From positions 14,020 through 78,019 of the forward strand of contig JBJFDL010000003.1 of NCBI GenBank assembly GCA_051889995.1: DNA of 64,000 bases. Reading direction: 5' to 3'. A model generated the notes under the pieces. The model was not told the DNA's origin, did not search any database, and worked only from the letters and a program-made list of their open reading frames with translations. Position numbers and translations under genes: made by a program. Below are positions 26,846 to 36,639 of this stretch, in pieces; within the stretch, counting starts at the first letter, position 1; each line of letters opens with the position of its first letter. This DNA comes from Christensenellales bacterium. Lineage in GTDB: Bacteria > Bacillota > Clostridia > Christensenellales > UBA1242.

Positions 26846-27799
26846 ATGATGGAAATTGAAAAACCAAGAATTACTTGTGAAGAATCCGATAATGGAACTT
26901 TTGCAAGATTTGTTGTTGAACCATTAGATAGAGGTTTTGGCTTAACAATCGGTAATGCTTTAAGAAGAACACTTCTGGGAGCACTTCCTGGTGCTGCGCC
27001 TATAGCGATAAGAATTAATGGCGTTCAACACGAATTTTCAACAGTTAAAGGTGTTGTTGAAGATGTTATTGACATTGTTTTAAACATAAAATGCTTGGCT
27101 GTTAAAACTACAAGTTTGGAAAAAGATTTCAAAACAGTTTTAAGAATTAATAAATATGGTGCGGGGGAAGTTACAGCAGCAGATATTGAACCAAATGACC
27201 AAGTTGAAATCTTAAATCCAGAACTTCATATTGCAACATTAGATGATGATGCAAAATTTGAAATGGAAATAATAATTGGTAGAGGTAGAGGATATGTTTC
27301 TGCAGACCTTAACAAAGATGCAACAGAAAACATAGGTTATATAGCTGTTGACAGTATCTTTACACCAGTTAAAAAAGTAAATTACAATGTTGAAGGTGCT
27401 CGTGTTGGTCAAAATATGAATTTTGATAAACTAACATTGGAAGTTGAAACAACAGGAACGCTAACAGCAAGAGAAGTTGTAAGTTTAAGTGCTAAAATTA
27501 TTCAAGATCATACAAACTTATTTGTTGAACTTGTAGAAAGTATGAAAGATTTAAGTATACTTCAAGCAAGAGAAGATGAAAAACAACATAAAGTTTTAGA
27601 AATGAGTATTGAAGATATGGATTTAAGCGTAAGAAGTTATAACTGCTTAAAGAGAGCAAACATCAACACTGTAAGTGATTTAACAAAAAAATCAAAAGAT
27701 GATATGTTAAAAGTTAGAAATTTAGGTCTAAAATCATTAGATGAAGTTATTAAAAAACTTGAAAGTTTAGGTTTAGGCTTAAGAAATGACGAAGATTAA
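26846..27799 (+). CDS. rpoA: DNA-directed RNA polymerase subunit alpha
   Basis: GNALRRTLL and a C-terminal domain with LSVRSYNCLKRANI. Confidence 0.97.
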   Translation: MMEIEKPRITCEESDNGTFARFVVEPLDRGFGLTIGNALRRTLLGALPGAAPIAIRINGVQHEFSTVKGVVEDVIDIVLNIKCLAVKTTSLEKDFKTVLRINKYGAGEVTAADIEPNDQVEILNPELHIATLDDDAKFEMEIIIGRGRGYVSADLNKDATENIGYIAVDSIFTPVKKVNYNVEGARVGQNMNFDKLTLEVETTGTLTAREVVSLSAKIIQDHTNLFVELVESMKDLSILQAREDEKQHKVLEMSIEDMDLSVRSYNCLKRANINTVSDLTKKSKDDMLKVRNLGLKSLDEVIKKLESLGLGLRNDED

Positions 27800-27817
27800 T
27801 AAGGAGAAAGAAGTAAG

Positions 27818-28330
27818 ATGGCACAAATTAAGAAATTAGGACTTCCTACAAAAGAAAGAAAAGCATTAATAAGAAATCAAGCTTCAACACTTTTGTGGCA
27901 TGGAAAACTAGAAACGACTTTAGCTCAAGCTAAGAGCGTAGCAAGTTACACTGAAAAAGTTTTAACTTTGGCTATTAACACTTATGAAGATACTGTTAAA
28001 ACAACAAAAACTACTACAAACAAGAAAGGCGAAAAAGTTTCTAAAGAAGTTATTGTAGATGGTGTTAAAAAACTTGCTGCTAGAAGAAAGATTATGTCTT
28101 TAATTTATGACATTCCAGAAGTTAAAGCTGACAAAGAAAGCAAAGCAGACTTTGTTAATAGAACAAAAGATGTTAAACATCCTTTAGTTGAAAAAATCTT
28201 CAATGTATATGCTCCAAAATATGCTAATCGTGCAAAAGAATTAGGACAAAAAGGTGGATATACTAGAGTTATTAAACTTGGAAGAAGATTAGGCGATAAT
28301 GCTGAAATGGCAAGAGCAGAATTAGTATAG
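27818..28330 (+). CDS. rplQ: 50S ribosomal protein L17 (expanded, 170 aa)
   Basis: The conserved ends are KLGLPTKERKALIRN... and ...GGYTRVIKLGRRLGDNAEMARAELV. About 50 extra K/T/E-rich residues sit in the middle. Confidence 0.93.
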   Translation: MAQIKKLGLPTKERKALIRNQASTLLWHGKLETTLAQAKSVASYTEKVLTLAINTYEDTVKTTKTTTNKKGEKVSKEVIVDGVKKLAARRKIMSLIYDIPEVKADKESKADFVNRTKDVKHPLVEKIFNVYAPKYANRAKELGQKGGYTRVIKLGRRLGDNAEMARAELV

Positions 28331-28335
28331 TATTT

Positions 28336-28366
28336 AAAAAAGTAAACAATTGTTTACTTTTTTTTA
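28336..28366 (+). terminator. Rho-independent terminator ending the alpha operon
   Basis: agtaaac-aatt-gtttact followed by a T8 run. Confidence 0.8.
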
Positions 28367-28455
28367 TATAAAAAATATCGATTTTTTTTATAAAATTTGT
28401 AATCTTTTTATTTTATTTGTGTTAAAAATATGCTATAATAAAAAAAGGAGATAAT

Positions 28456-29787
28456 ATGAAAAAACCTTTAGTTGCAGTTGTTGGAAGACCAAATGTTGGT
28501 AAAAGTACATTTTTTAATAAAGTTGCTGGCAAAAGAATAAGTATAATCAAAGATGAACCAGGAGTTACTCGTGATAGAATTTATGCAGATTGCGTTTGGC
28601 TAGATAATGCTTTTACTATGATAGACACAGGCGGAATAGATTTGAAAAATAATTCTGAAGTTCAAAAAAACATTATGATACAAAGTCAAATTGCTATTGA
28701 ACTTGCTGACGTAATTTTGTTTTTTGTTGATGGACGAGAAGGCTTAACTAATCAAGACAGAGAAGTTGCTGATTATTTAAGAAAAACAAATAAACCTATT
28801 ATACTGGTTGTTAATAAATTAGATAATAATGAAATTGAAAAAAGTTACGAGTTTTATGAATTAAATTTAGGAACTCCTTTTGCTATATCAAGCGAACAAA
28901 GCAAGGGCCTTGGAGATTTATTAGATGAAGTTGTAAATCAATTTAAAACAAAATGCAAAATTGATGAAAATTCAAATAAAACAAAAATTGCTATTGTGGG
29001 AAAGCCTAATGCTGGTAAAAGTAGCTTAACAAACAGATTGCTTGGTGAAGAGAGAGTTGTTGTTTCAAGCGTTGCTGGAACAACTCGTGATGCAATTGAC
29101 ACACCTTTCCAATATGGAGATAAAGAATATGTTTTAATTGATACGGCAGGCATTAGAAGAAAACGTGGTATTGAGTTAGATAGCGTTGAGCAATATAGTG
29201 TTTTAAGAAGTATTGAAGCAATTAAAAGAGCGGATATTGTTATTTTAGTAATTGATAGCAGTGAAGAATTGAGTGAACAAGATATAAGAATTGCTGGTAT
29301 TATCCACGAAGAGAAAAAACCTAGTTTAATTGTAATGAATAAATGGGATTTGATTGAAAAAGATGATAAAACTATGAATTCTTTTAACAAAAAATTAGAC
29401 GCAGATTTAAGTTTTATGAGTTACTATGAAAGTTTATATATTTCTGCAAAAACTGGTCAAAGAGTAACTAATATTATGCCTAAAATTGAAGAGATTTTAG
29501 AACATAATTCTCACAGAATAACAACAAGTTTGTTAAATGAAATAATACAAGATGCCGTAAGAATGACTCAACCTCCTGTTCATAATGGTAAAAAATTAAA
29601 AATATATTATGTTACACAAACAGGTATAAATCCACCTACTTTTACTTTTAAAGTTAATGATAGTAAATACTTGCACTATTCATACCAGAGATATTTAGAA
29701 AATGTTTTAAGAAAAAACATCAATCTAAAGGGAACGCCAATCGAATTTAAATTTAAAAACAAAAATGAGGAGGACAACTTATGCTAA
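28456..29787 (+). CDS. der: Ribosome-associated GTPase Der (EngA)
   Basis: Two G domains (GRPNVGKST and GKPNAGKSS) and a KH-like C-terminus. Confidence 0.95.
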   Translation: MKKPLVAVVGRPNVGKSTFFNKVAGKRISIIKDEPGVTRDRIYADCVWLDNAFTMIDTGGIDLKNNSEVQKNIMIQSQIAIELADVILFFVDGREGLTNQDREVADYLRKTNKPIILVVNKLDNNEIEKSYEFYELNLGTPFAISSEQSKGLGDLLDEVVNQFKTKCKIDENSNKTKIAIVGKPNAGKSSLTNRLLGEERVVVSSVAGTTRDAIDTPFQYGDKEYVLIDTAGIRRKRGIELDSVEQYSVLRSIEAIKRADIVILVIDSSEELSEQDIRIAGIIHEEKKPSLIVMNKWDLIEKDDKTMNSFNKKLDADLSFMSYYESLYISAKTGQRVTNIMPKIEEILEHNSHRITTSLLNEIIQDAVRMTQPPVHNGKKLKIYYVTQTGINPPTFTFKVNDSKYLHYSYQRYLENVLRKNINLKGTPIEFKFKNKNEEDNLC

Positions 29788-30416
29788 CAACAGTATTAAT
29801 TTTTATTGGTGCTGTTATCATTTCATATTTTTTTGGTAATATCAGTTTTGCAAGAATTATTGCAAGCAAGCAAAACAGAGATATTACTAAAATGGGAAGT
29901 GGAAATCCCGGAACAATGAATATGACAAGAAATTTTGGCTGGAAAATTGGGCTTTTAACCTTGATTTTGGATATTGCAAAAGCCGTTATTCCTTGTTTGG
30001 CAGCTAGAATTATTGGTTCAATGTATTATCCTGAAAGTTTTGTAAGAATACTTGTTTTTAGCTGTGGATTTGCAGTTATATTAGGACATGTATTTCCTTT
30101 ATTTTTTAGATTTAAAGGTGGAAAAGGAATTGCCTGTGCACTAGGTATTTTTGCAGTGTTACATCCTTGGTGGTTCCTAATATTTTTAGGTGCAGGATTA
30201 ATTTTATTACTACTATTCAAAATTGGTTCATTAACTTCATTGTTTATGGTGACATGTTTAAGCGTTGTTGCAATTATTCAAAGGTCATCGTGGATTGAAA
30301 TTATACTTATATGTGCAATTTATGTATTATTAATTTATGCACATAGAGAAAATTTAAAAAGACTAAGTGTTGGGACTGAAAGCAAGATTGATATTTTAAA
30401 GAAAAAGGATGAATAA
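29781..30416 (+). CDS. plsY: Glycerol-3-phosphate acyltransferase PlsY
   Basis: GSGNPGTMN and FKGGKG motifs. Its position next to der is the usual synteny. Confidence 0.92.
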   Translation: MLTTVLIFIGAVIISYFFGNISFARIIASKQNRDITKMGSGNPGTMNMTRNFGWKIGLLTLILDIAKAVIPCLAARIIGSMYYPESFVRILVFSCGFAVILGHVFPLFFRFKGGKGIACALGIFAVLHPWWFLIFLGAGLILLLLFKIGSLTSLFMVTCLSVVAIIQRSSWIEIILICAIYVLLIYAHRENLKRLSVGTESKIDILKKKDE

Positions 30417-31198
30417 TGTTAGTTACAAATAATATTAAAATTTTTGGATTAAATTTAAGTATCTATGGTTTATTGATGGCCGTAGGGTTTTTGCTAGCAT
30501 ATTTTATCGTTAAACATCTTTTTAAAAAACGTGGTAAAATTAATGAAAACATCACATTAGATTTACTTATAATTATTTTGCCATCTTCGATTATTGGTGC
30601 CAGAATTTATTATATACTTTTTAGTGGAAGATCTTGGACATTTTTGGAAATGTTACAAATTTGGAATGGCGGATTAGCAATTTATGGTGGAATTATTGGT
30701 GGTTTTATTGCATTAGTTATCTATTCACTAGTAAAAAAGATAAATTTGTTAGATATAACAGATAGTATTGCCGTAGGATTGATTATTGCACAAGCAATAG
30801 GAAGAATAGGTTGTTATTTTGCAGGTTGTTGTTATGGTATTGAAACAGTTAATGAAAGTTTGATGTGGTTTCCAATGTCAGTAATGATAGATGGCAAATG
30901 GCATCTCGCAACATTTTTCTATGAAAGTTTATGGAATATTTTAGGTTTTATTTCTTTACTAATTGTCTATAATAAAGTTAATAAAACAGGATTTTCAACA
31001 GGTTTGTATTTAGCAATTTATGGTTTTGGAAGATTTTTCATTGAAGGATTAAGAGGAGATAGTCTGTTAATTGGTCCTTTCAAAGTCTCACAACTTCTTA
31101 GTGCATTAGTTTTTTGTGCAGGAGTTTTAATTATGATATTCTGTTTTACATTAAATAAAAAGGTGGATAAACAGGATGAACAAAAATCAAGTATTTAA
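30416..31198 (+). CDS. lgt: Prolipoprotein diacylglyceryl transferase
   Basis: GARIYY..., GGLAIYGGIIGG, GRIGCYFAGCCYG. Confidence 0.92.
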   Translation: MLVTNNIKIFGLNLSIYGLLMAVGFLLAYFIVKHLFKKRGKINENITLDLLIIILPSSIIGARIYYILFSGRSWTFLEMLQIWNGGLAIYGGIIGGFIALVIYSLVKKINLLDITDSIAVGLIIAQAIGRIGCYFAGCCYGIETVNESLMWFPMSVMIDGKWHLATFFYESLWNILGFISLLIVYNKVNKTGFSTGLYLAIYGFGRFFIEGLRGDSLLIGPFKVSQLLSALVFCAGVLIMIFCFTLNKKVDKQDEQKSSI

Positions 31199-31670
31199 TT
31201 TAATGTTTTTTGTAATTAATTTTATATATTTTATTTTTGTTGGAGTAAACTTAATTTTTAATATTTGTTCATTATTTATTGCATTAACAATATGTTTTTT
31301 TGTTAATGCAATTTATTTATTTTTTAAATTTATTTTTTATGTTTCAGATTCAAGTCTATATTTTTCAATTTTTTTGCTTTTTAGTGGTATATTTTTAATT
31401 TTTGTAGATATATATAAATTTAATTTTTTGCAAGTTTACACATTAAGTTTTTTAGCAAATGTTATGGGCTTACTTGCATTAGCAATTTATTTTACTAATC
31501 CAAAATATATTTTCTCTTTCATTAGCAATTTTTTGATATTTTTTCCCATATTTTTCTATACATTTAAGATAATAAATTTGAGAATGTTCTTTCTTTATTT
31601 AATTTTATGTGTTATAATATTGATAATTTTATATTTTATTATGTTTAAAACGAAAAAGGAAAAAGTATGA
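31176..31670 (+). CDS. Hypothetical polytopic membrane protein (extremely F/I/L-rich)
   Basis: 164 aa with SD aaggtgg. It overlaps the lgt 3' end by 23 nt. No family was recognised. Confidence 0.5.
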   Translation: MNKNQVFNLMFFVINFIYFIFVGVNLIFNICSLFIALTICFFVNAIYLFFKFIFYVSDSSLYFSIFLLFSGIFLIFVDIYKFNFLQVYTLSFLANVMGLLALAIYFTNPKYIFSFISNFLIFFPIFFYTFKIINLRMFFLYLILCVIILIILYFIMFKTKKEKV

Positions 31671-32506
31671 AACAATTTCAAATTGATAAAAAAGGATATA
31701 GTATAAGAGAAGTCGATGATTATATTTTAATGCAAGATATTGAAAAAGATAGATTGCTTAAAGAAAAACAGTCGAGAATTAATGAACTCAGAGAAGAAAA
31801 CTTTGACTTAATTAAAAAACTAAAAGAATATAAAGAAAAAGAAGAAAGCATTTCAAAAGCTTTACTTATTGCAACTGAAAAAGCCAAAGAAATAGAAGAA
31901 AAAGCCAAATTGCAATATAATTTGGAATTGAAAAATCTTGATAATTTTTATGAAAAATGGAACAAATTTTTTAAAGAGTTATTGCGTCGTTATCCAAAAT
32001 TAAATGATTTTGATACCGCATCTGTTTTAGATTGTATTAAAAATGATATAGACAATTTAATGCAAGGAACTTACCAGATTAGTTTAGATACTCCTTATGT
32101 AAAAGATGATTTTAAAATTTTATTAGAACGTTTGCATAAACACGGTTTGAATAAAGAACGAAAAACTGCTAAATTAGTAACTAATAAACAGGTGAATACT
32201 GAAACTATTTATGAAGGCGAAAACGAAATAGAATATTTAACAGAAAAGAACAAAGTTAATAACATAAAACCAATTACAAATTTAACGTTATCAAAAGATG
32301 AAGAAGACGAATTTGATTCTTTATTAGATAAATTTTTAAACACCAATAATAATGTTTCAAAAGGCTATGAAAAAAGTTTGTTTAATACTAAAAAGAAAAT
32401 ATCAAAAAGATATCCATCTCCTAATGAAAGTGGATTTGATTTAGAGGAGGCATTAAATCCTACAGATGATTTAATAAACATAATGAAAGGTTTTAAATTA
32501 GACTAG
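31667..32506 (+). CDS. DivIVA-domain protein
   Basis: The N-terminal FQIDKKGYSIREVDDYI matches the DivIVA motif (F....rGY...EVD.fL). It is followed by a coiled coil. Confidence 0.5.
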   Translation: MKQFQIDKKGYSIREVDDYILMQDIEKDRLLKEKQSRINELREENFDLIKKLKEYKEKEESISKALLIATEKAKEIEEKAKLQYNLELKNLDNFYEKWNKFFKELLRRYPKLNDFDTASVLDCIKNDIDNLMQGTYQISLDTPYVKDDFKILLERLHKHGLNKERKTAKLVTNKQVNTETIYEGENEIEYLTEKNKVNNIKPITNLTLSKDEEDEFDSLLDKFLNTNNNVSKGYEKSLFNTKKKISKRYPSPNESGFDLEEALNPTDDLINIMKGFKLD

Positions 32507-33638
32507 TTAATTTATTTAGGGCATAGATTAATTTATCTATGTCTTTTTTGTTGTTAAAATATGAAAGACTAATTCTAACCATCCCAATATCTAATGTTTT
32601 AAAATGTTTATGAACTAACGGGGCACAATGTAATCCAGTGCGAACGCATATTTTATATTTTTCATTTAAAAAATTTCCAACATCATTAGAAGATAAATCT
32701 GCTACATTAAAAGATATAACTCCACTTTGAAAATTGTTTGATGGATATAAAATTATTTTGTCGTTTACTTTTATTTTTTCAACGAAATATTTTGTTAAAT
32801 TATAAATTTTGTTATTAATTTTTTCTTGATGTTTTATTACAAAATTTAATCCAGCATTTAAACTTAAAATTCCAGTGGTGTTAGGTGTTCCACTTTCAAA
32901 TCCATCTGGAAAATCGTCTGGCTGAATAGGAGAGCTTGATTGTGTTCCCGTCCCCCCAAATTTAATTGGTTTTAAATGTTTTTTTCCGTTATTGCTAACA
33001 ATTAGTGCACCAATTCCTGTTAATGCATAAAATCCTTTATGTCCAGCAACACTTAAAAAGTCTATATTCATTTTTTGCATATCTATTTTTTCGTGACCAA
33101 CTGCTTGTGCACCATCAACTAAAAATAGAAGATTATTTTCTTTACAAATTTTTCCTATGCTTTCAATGTCGTTTATAATTCCAGTAACATTTGAAGTAAA
33201 ATTGCAAGCAATTAAATAAGTATTTTCTTTAATTAATTCTTTTAATTTTTGTATATCGATAATTCCATTTTTATTTGGTGAAATGATACTTAATTCTATT
33301 AAACCTTTTTGCTTTAATTGGTATAAAGGACGTAACACAGAATTATGTTCATAGGCTGTGGTTATAACGTGACCACCTTTTTTACAAGTAGATAAAATCG
33401 CTAAGTTTAATGCTTCTGTGCAACCACTCAAAAATAAACAATTTTCTTCACCATCGCTATTAAAATATTTACAAAGATTCTGGCGAATTTCTAAAATTTT
33501 TAATGATAAATCATTACTAATATCATATCCGCTTCTGTGAGGATTCACACAATTTTTTCGTAACATAGATTTTAATACTTCAAATTTAATGGTTAGTGGT
33601 TTATGATTTGTTGTTGCGGCATTATCTAAATATACCAT
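32493..33638 (-). CDS. Cysteine desulfurase-family class V aminotransferase
   Basis: MVYLDNAATT..., a PLP-lysine context SVAGHKGF, and the C-terminal RTGLHCAP. Confidence 0.8.
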   Translation of the reverse strand: MVYLDNAATTNHKPLTIKFEVLKSMLRKNCVNPHRSGYDISNDLSLKILEIRQNLCKYFNSDGEENCLFLSGCTEALNLAILSTCKKGGHVITTAYEHNSVLRPLYQLKQKGLIELSIISPNKNGIIDIQKLKELIKENTYLIACNFTSNVTGIINDIESIGKICKENNLLFLVDGAQAVGHEKIDMQKMNIDFLSVAGHKGFYALTGIGALIVSNNGKKHLKPIKFGGTGTQSSSPIQPDDFPDGFESGTPNTTGILSLNAGLNFVIKHQEKINNKIYNLTKYFVEKIKVNDKIILYPSNNFQSGVISFNVADLSSNDVGNFLNEKYKICVRTGLHCAPLVHKHFKTLDIGMVRISLSYFNNKKDIDKLIYALNKLTSLI

Positions 33639-33715
33639 ATTCCTCCCTGTAACGATTATAAAATTATATTAATAATATATTATGTAACAAAGAAATTTGT
33701 CACAAAGGAGGAATT

Positions 33716-33970
33716 ATGAATTATATATTAGCGGTTTTTAATTCTCGTTCTCAAACAATGATGTTTTATAATAAGTTAAAGGCAAAAAATATACCTTGTT
33801 CAATAATAAATAACCCAAAGGCTACGCAAATAACCTGTGGAATTTGTGTTAAATTTTATTCAAATCATCTATCTATTGCTCGTTCAATAATAAATAATAA
33901 TATGTCTGGTTTTGCAGGTTTTTACTCATATAGACAAGGGTTTGGAATTCCAACTGTTTCACCTTTATAA
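33716..33970 (+). CDS. DUF3343-domain protein (putative sulfur/selenium-relay associated)
   Basis: 84 aa. YILAVFNSRSQTMMFYNKLKAKNIPCSIINNPKATQITCGICVKF is typical of DUF3343. It is divergent from the desulfurase gene. Confidence 0.6.
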   Translation: MNYILAVFNSRSQTMMFYNKLKAKNIPCSIINNPKATQITCGICVKFYSNHLSIARSIINNNMSGFAGFYSYRQGFGIPTVSPL

Positions 33971-33975
33971 AACAC

Positions 33976-34004
33976 TTGCTTTTGTCATACTTTTTGGTTA
34001 TAAT
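33976..34004 (+). promoter_or_regulatory. Sigma-A promoter placed for a leaderless hflX mRNA
   Basis: TTGCTT(33976-81), a 17-nt spacer, then TATAAT(33999-34004). The ATG at 34010 is only 5 nt downstream and there is no SD. Confidence 0.5.
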
Positions 34005-34009
34005 AAAGT

Positions 34010-35098
34010 ATGGCAAAATTATTTAGTAATGATAAAATAAAAGATAAAGCAATAATGGCTTATGCTTGTTTTGACACGAGAGAAGATGTTGATATGAAAA
34101 TGAGCGAATTAAAAAGTTTAATAAAAGCAAATGATATTGAAGTGTTAGGCAGTTTGGTTCAAAACGCCAAAACACCCGATTTGTCCTTTTTAATGGGTAA
34201 AGGTAAAGTGGAAGAATTAAAACAAATGATTCAAGATTTAAATGCCACACTTGTTGTTTTTCAAAACGAATTATCTGGAAGCAAAATTTCCAACCTAGAA
34301 GAATTTTTGCAGGTTAAGGTTATTGATAGAACAATGCTTATTTTAGATATTTTTGCACAAAGGGCAAAGACTAGTGAAGGTAAGGTGCAAGTAGAACTAG
34401 CACAATTAAAGTATTCACTTCCTAGAATTGCGAGTTTAAATCGTTCAGCTGGTCACTTTGGAAATTCTGGTGTTGGAATGAGAGGACCTGGTGAAACAAA
34501 ACTTGAACTTGATAGAAGAAAAATTGAAAAGCAAATTTATGATAAACAAAAAGAACTATCAAAATTAAAAGAAGAAAGAAACACTCGACGCAGACAAAGA
34601 ATAGAAACAAGGCAAAAGACTGTTGCTTTGGTGGGTTATACTAATTCTGGTAAAAGCACATTAATGAATACAATAAGCAAAAGTGATGTGTTTATAAAAG
34701 ATATGCTTTTTGCAACCTTAGATACAACGACAAGAAAAGTATTTTTAAATTCTAATCACACAATTTTGTTAACAGACACAGTTGGATTTGTTAGTGATTT
34801 AAATCACGAACTTGTAGATGCTTTTTCTGCCACACTTGAAGAAAGTGTTTTTGCAGATCTAATTATTCACGTTGTAGATATTTCAGACCCCGAATACGAT
34901 AAAAAAGAAAAGATAACACTAGATGTCTTGGATAAACTTGGTGCAAAAAAAGATAATATTATAACTGTTTATAACAAAATGGATAAAATCCATATTGTCA
35001 AAGATGGAGCATTGCTAATTTCAGCGAAAAATAATATTAATATAGATAAGCTTAAAGAAAAAATTATTGATTTTTTTGATAAAAAAGAGAGTTTATAA
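34010..35098 (+). CDS. hflX: GTPase HflX
   Basis: HflX N-domain (DRTMLILDIFAQRAKTSEGKVQVELAQL) and a G domain with GYTNSGKSTL. Confidence 0.92.
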   Translation: MAKLFSNDKIKDKAIMAYACFDTREDVDMKMSELKSLIKANDIEVLGSLVQNAKTPDLSFLMGKGKVEELKQMIQDLNATLVVFQNELSGSKISNLEEFLQVKVIDRTMLILDIFAQRAKTSEGKVQVELAQLKYSLPRIASLNRSAGHFGNSGVGMRGPGETKLELDRRKIEKQIYDKQKELSKLKEERNTRRRQRIETRQKTVALVGYTNSGKSTLMNTISKSDVFIKDMLFATLDTTTRKVFLNSNHTILLTDTVGFVSDLNHELVDAFSATLEESVFADLIIHVVDISDPEYDKKEKITLDVLDKLGAKKDNIITVYNKMDKIHIVKDGALLISAKNNINIDKLKEKIIDFFDKKESL

Positions 35099-35104
35099 TG
35101 AATT

Positions 35105-35133
35105 ATGGCAAGGAATTAACCTTGTCATTTTTT
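35105..35133 (+). terminator. Rho-independent terminator
   Basis: atggcaagg/ccttgtcat followed by a T6 run. Confidence 0.7.
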
Positions 35134-35218
35134 AAATAAAACATTTTATATTGTTTGTGTGATTGCGAAAATAATTGTATAATTATTTTATTAAAATATA
35201 ATAACCAAAGAGAAGATT

Positions 35219-35932
35219 ATGAAAAACAAAGAGAAAAAGTTTAAACAAAAAAGAAAATGGTGGTATAGAGCATTAAAGAGTCTAATGAAAGTTAGATATA
35301 AAAAACCCGAATTTATATATCTTGGTGAAAAACCTAAAGAAAGTTCAATTATTCTCAGCAATCACGAAGGAACAGATGCACCAATGTCGCTTGAAATTTA
35401 TGCTGATTTTCCAGTAAGAATGTGGGGAACTCATGAAATGAATTCAGGGCTTGTGAAATTGTATAAGTATCAAACCAAAGTGTATTATCATCAAAAAAAA
35501 CATTGGAATTTATTTGCAGCTAGAATGTTTTGTTTAATTGCAAGTCCACCTACAAATTTGTTTTATAAGGGATTGAATCTTATTTCAACATATCATGATG
35601 CTAGATTCAAAACAACTCTTACACAAAGTTCAGAATCAATTTTGGACAAAAAAGAAAACATTGTAATTTTCCCTGAAAAATCTCCAAATGGCTATGTTCC
35701 TGAATTGGAAGGCTTTTATGCTGGTTTTCTTGCGCTTGCAAAAGTTTTAGAAAAAAAAGGATTAGATGTTTCAATATATGTTGCATATTACAAAAAACAA
35801 GAAAAACAATATATTTTCGGTTCGCCATATAAATATAGTGAACTAAAGATAAAGTTCAAGGAAAAAGATGAAATAATTAACTTTTTACTTAATGAATGCA
35901 ACAGGCTAGGAAAATTACAATTTAAAAAATAA
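35219..35932 (+). CDS. Putative acyltransferase (PlsC/lysophospholipid acyltransferase-like, divergent)
   Basis: LSNHEGTDAP resembles the NHx4D acyltransferase box, and a FPE motif (IVIFPEKSPNG) follows. 237 aa. Confidence 0.4.
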   Translation: MKNKEKKFKQKRKWWYRALKSLMKVRYKKPEFIYLGEKPKESSIILSNHEGTDAPMSLEIYADFPVRMWGTHEMNSGLVKLYKYQTKVYYHQKKHWNLFAARMFCLIASPPTNLFYKGLNLISTYHDARFKTTLTQSSESILDKKENIVIFPEKSPNGYVPELEGFYAGFLALAKVLEKKGLDVSIYVAYYKKQEKQYIFGSPYKYSELKIKFKEKDEIINFLLNECNRLGKLQFKK

Positions 35933-35961
35933 GAAAATCAAAATAATTAATAAGTTATTTA

Positions 35962-35996
35962 AAAGAATTATAAAAAATAGCAGATATAACATCCTG
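35962..35996 (+). terminator. Rho-independent terminator
   Basis: atagcag/ctgctat followed by a T7 run. Confidence 0.7.
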
Positions 35997-36180
35997 CTAT
36001 TTTTTTAAAGTCCATAAATAACTATATAAACACACCTTGATTTTGTATGAAAAAAGTTTTTTAGATTATTAACAATTTTTCTCGTTCTTTAATACTATGA
36101 AGTATGAACAGAAGATAAAAAGAGAAGTACAAAAGAAGAAAATACATATTAATAAAAATCTAAAAAGGAGGAATACATAT

Positions 36181-36381
36181 ATGTTATTCAATGGATTTGG
36201 AGGCTGCTGCCCAAATGCTAGAGAGCATGATTGCCATGGCTCAAACAACTGCATGTGGATTTTCCTATTATTGCTTTTAGGAAATTGTGGTTGCGGAATT
36301 AACGGCTGTATTGACATCTGTTCGTTAATTTTCTTACTATTATTATTGAGTTGTTGTGACGATGGCTGTGGTTGCAAATAA
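36181..36381 (+). CDS. Small Cys/Gly-rich peptide with two hydrophobic IFLLLLL repeats (possibly YjcZ-like, sporulation-associated)
   Basis: ATG at 36181 with a strong SD aaggagg 9 nt upstream. It encodes 66 aa: MLFNGFGGCCPNAREHDCHGSNNCMWIFLLLLLGNCGCGINGCIDICSLIFLLLLLSCCDDGCGCK. A terminator follows. Confidence 0.6.
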   Translation: MLFNGFGGCCPNAREHDCHGSNNCMWIFLLLLLGNCGCGINGCIDICSLIFLLLLLSCCDDGCGCK

Positions 36382-36396
36382 CTAAATAAATTAGAA

Positions 36397-36423
36397 GTTC
36401 ACCTTTAAAGGTGGACTTTTTTT
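36397..36423 (+). terminator. Rho-independent terminator
   Basis: gttcacc/ggtggac followed by a T7 run. Confidence 0.75.
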
Positions 36424-36569
36424 ATGCTTAAGTTATTTGTAATATATATTCTAAAAATCTTTTTTTTGTGCATTTGGAAAATTTTTCTAATTTTGGTATA
36501 ATTTTCCAATATTAAAACAAAATAAAATAAAATTTAATAAAATAAACTTTTAAATTCTGTGATAATTTG

Positions 36570-36598
36570 TTGACAAAGTTTTTAATTTTATATAAAAT
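36570..36598 (+). promoter_or_regulatory. Sigma-A type promoter of the large surface-protein gene
   Basis: TTGACA(36570-75), a 17-nt spacer, then TATAAA(36593-98). Confidence 0.5.
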
Positions 36599-36639
36599 AA
36601 TTTTGTTATACTTATTACACAATAACTTAAGGAGTAAAT

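Noticed and set aside
36069-36377. There is a 102-aa minus-strand ORF and an N-terminally extended + ORF (start 36097) at the Cys-rich peptide locus.
   Set aside because: The strong SD aaggagg sits 9 nt before the ATG at 36181, and neither 36097 nor the antisense ORF has an SD. The antisense translation is the mirror low-complexity product of the Cys/Leu codons.
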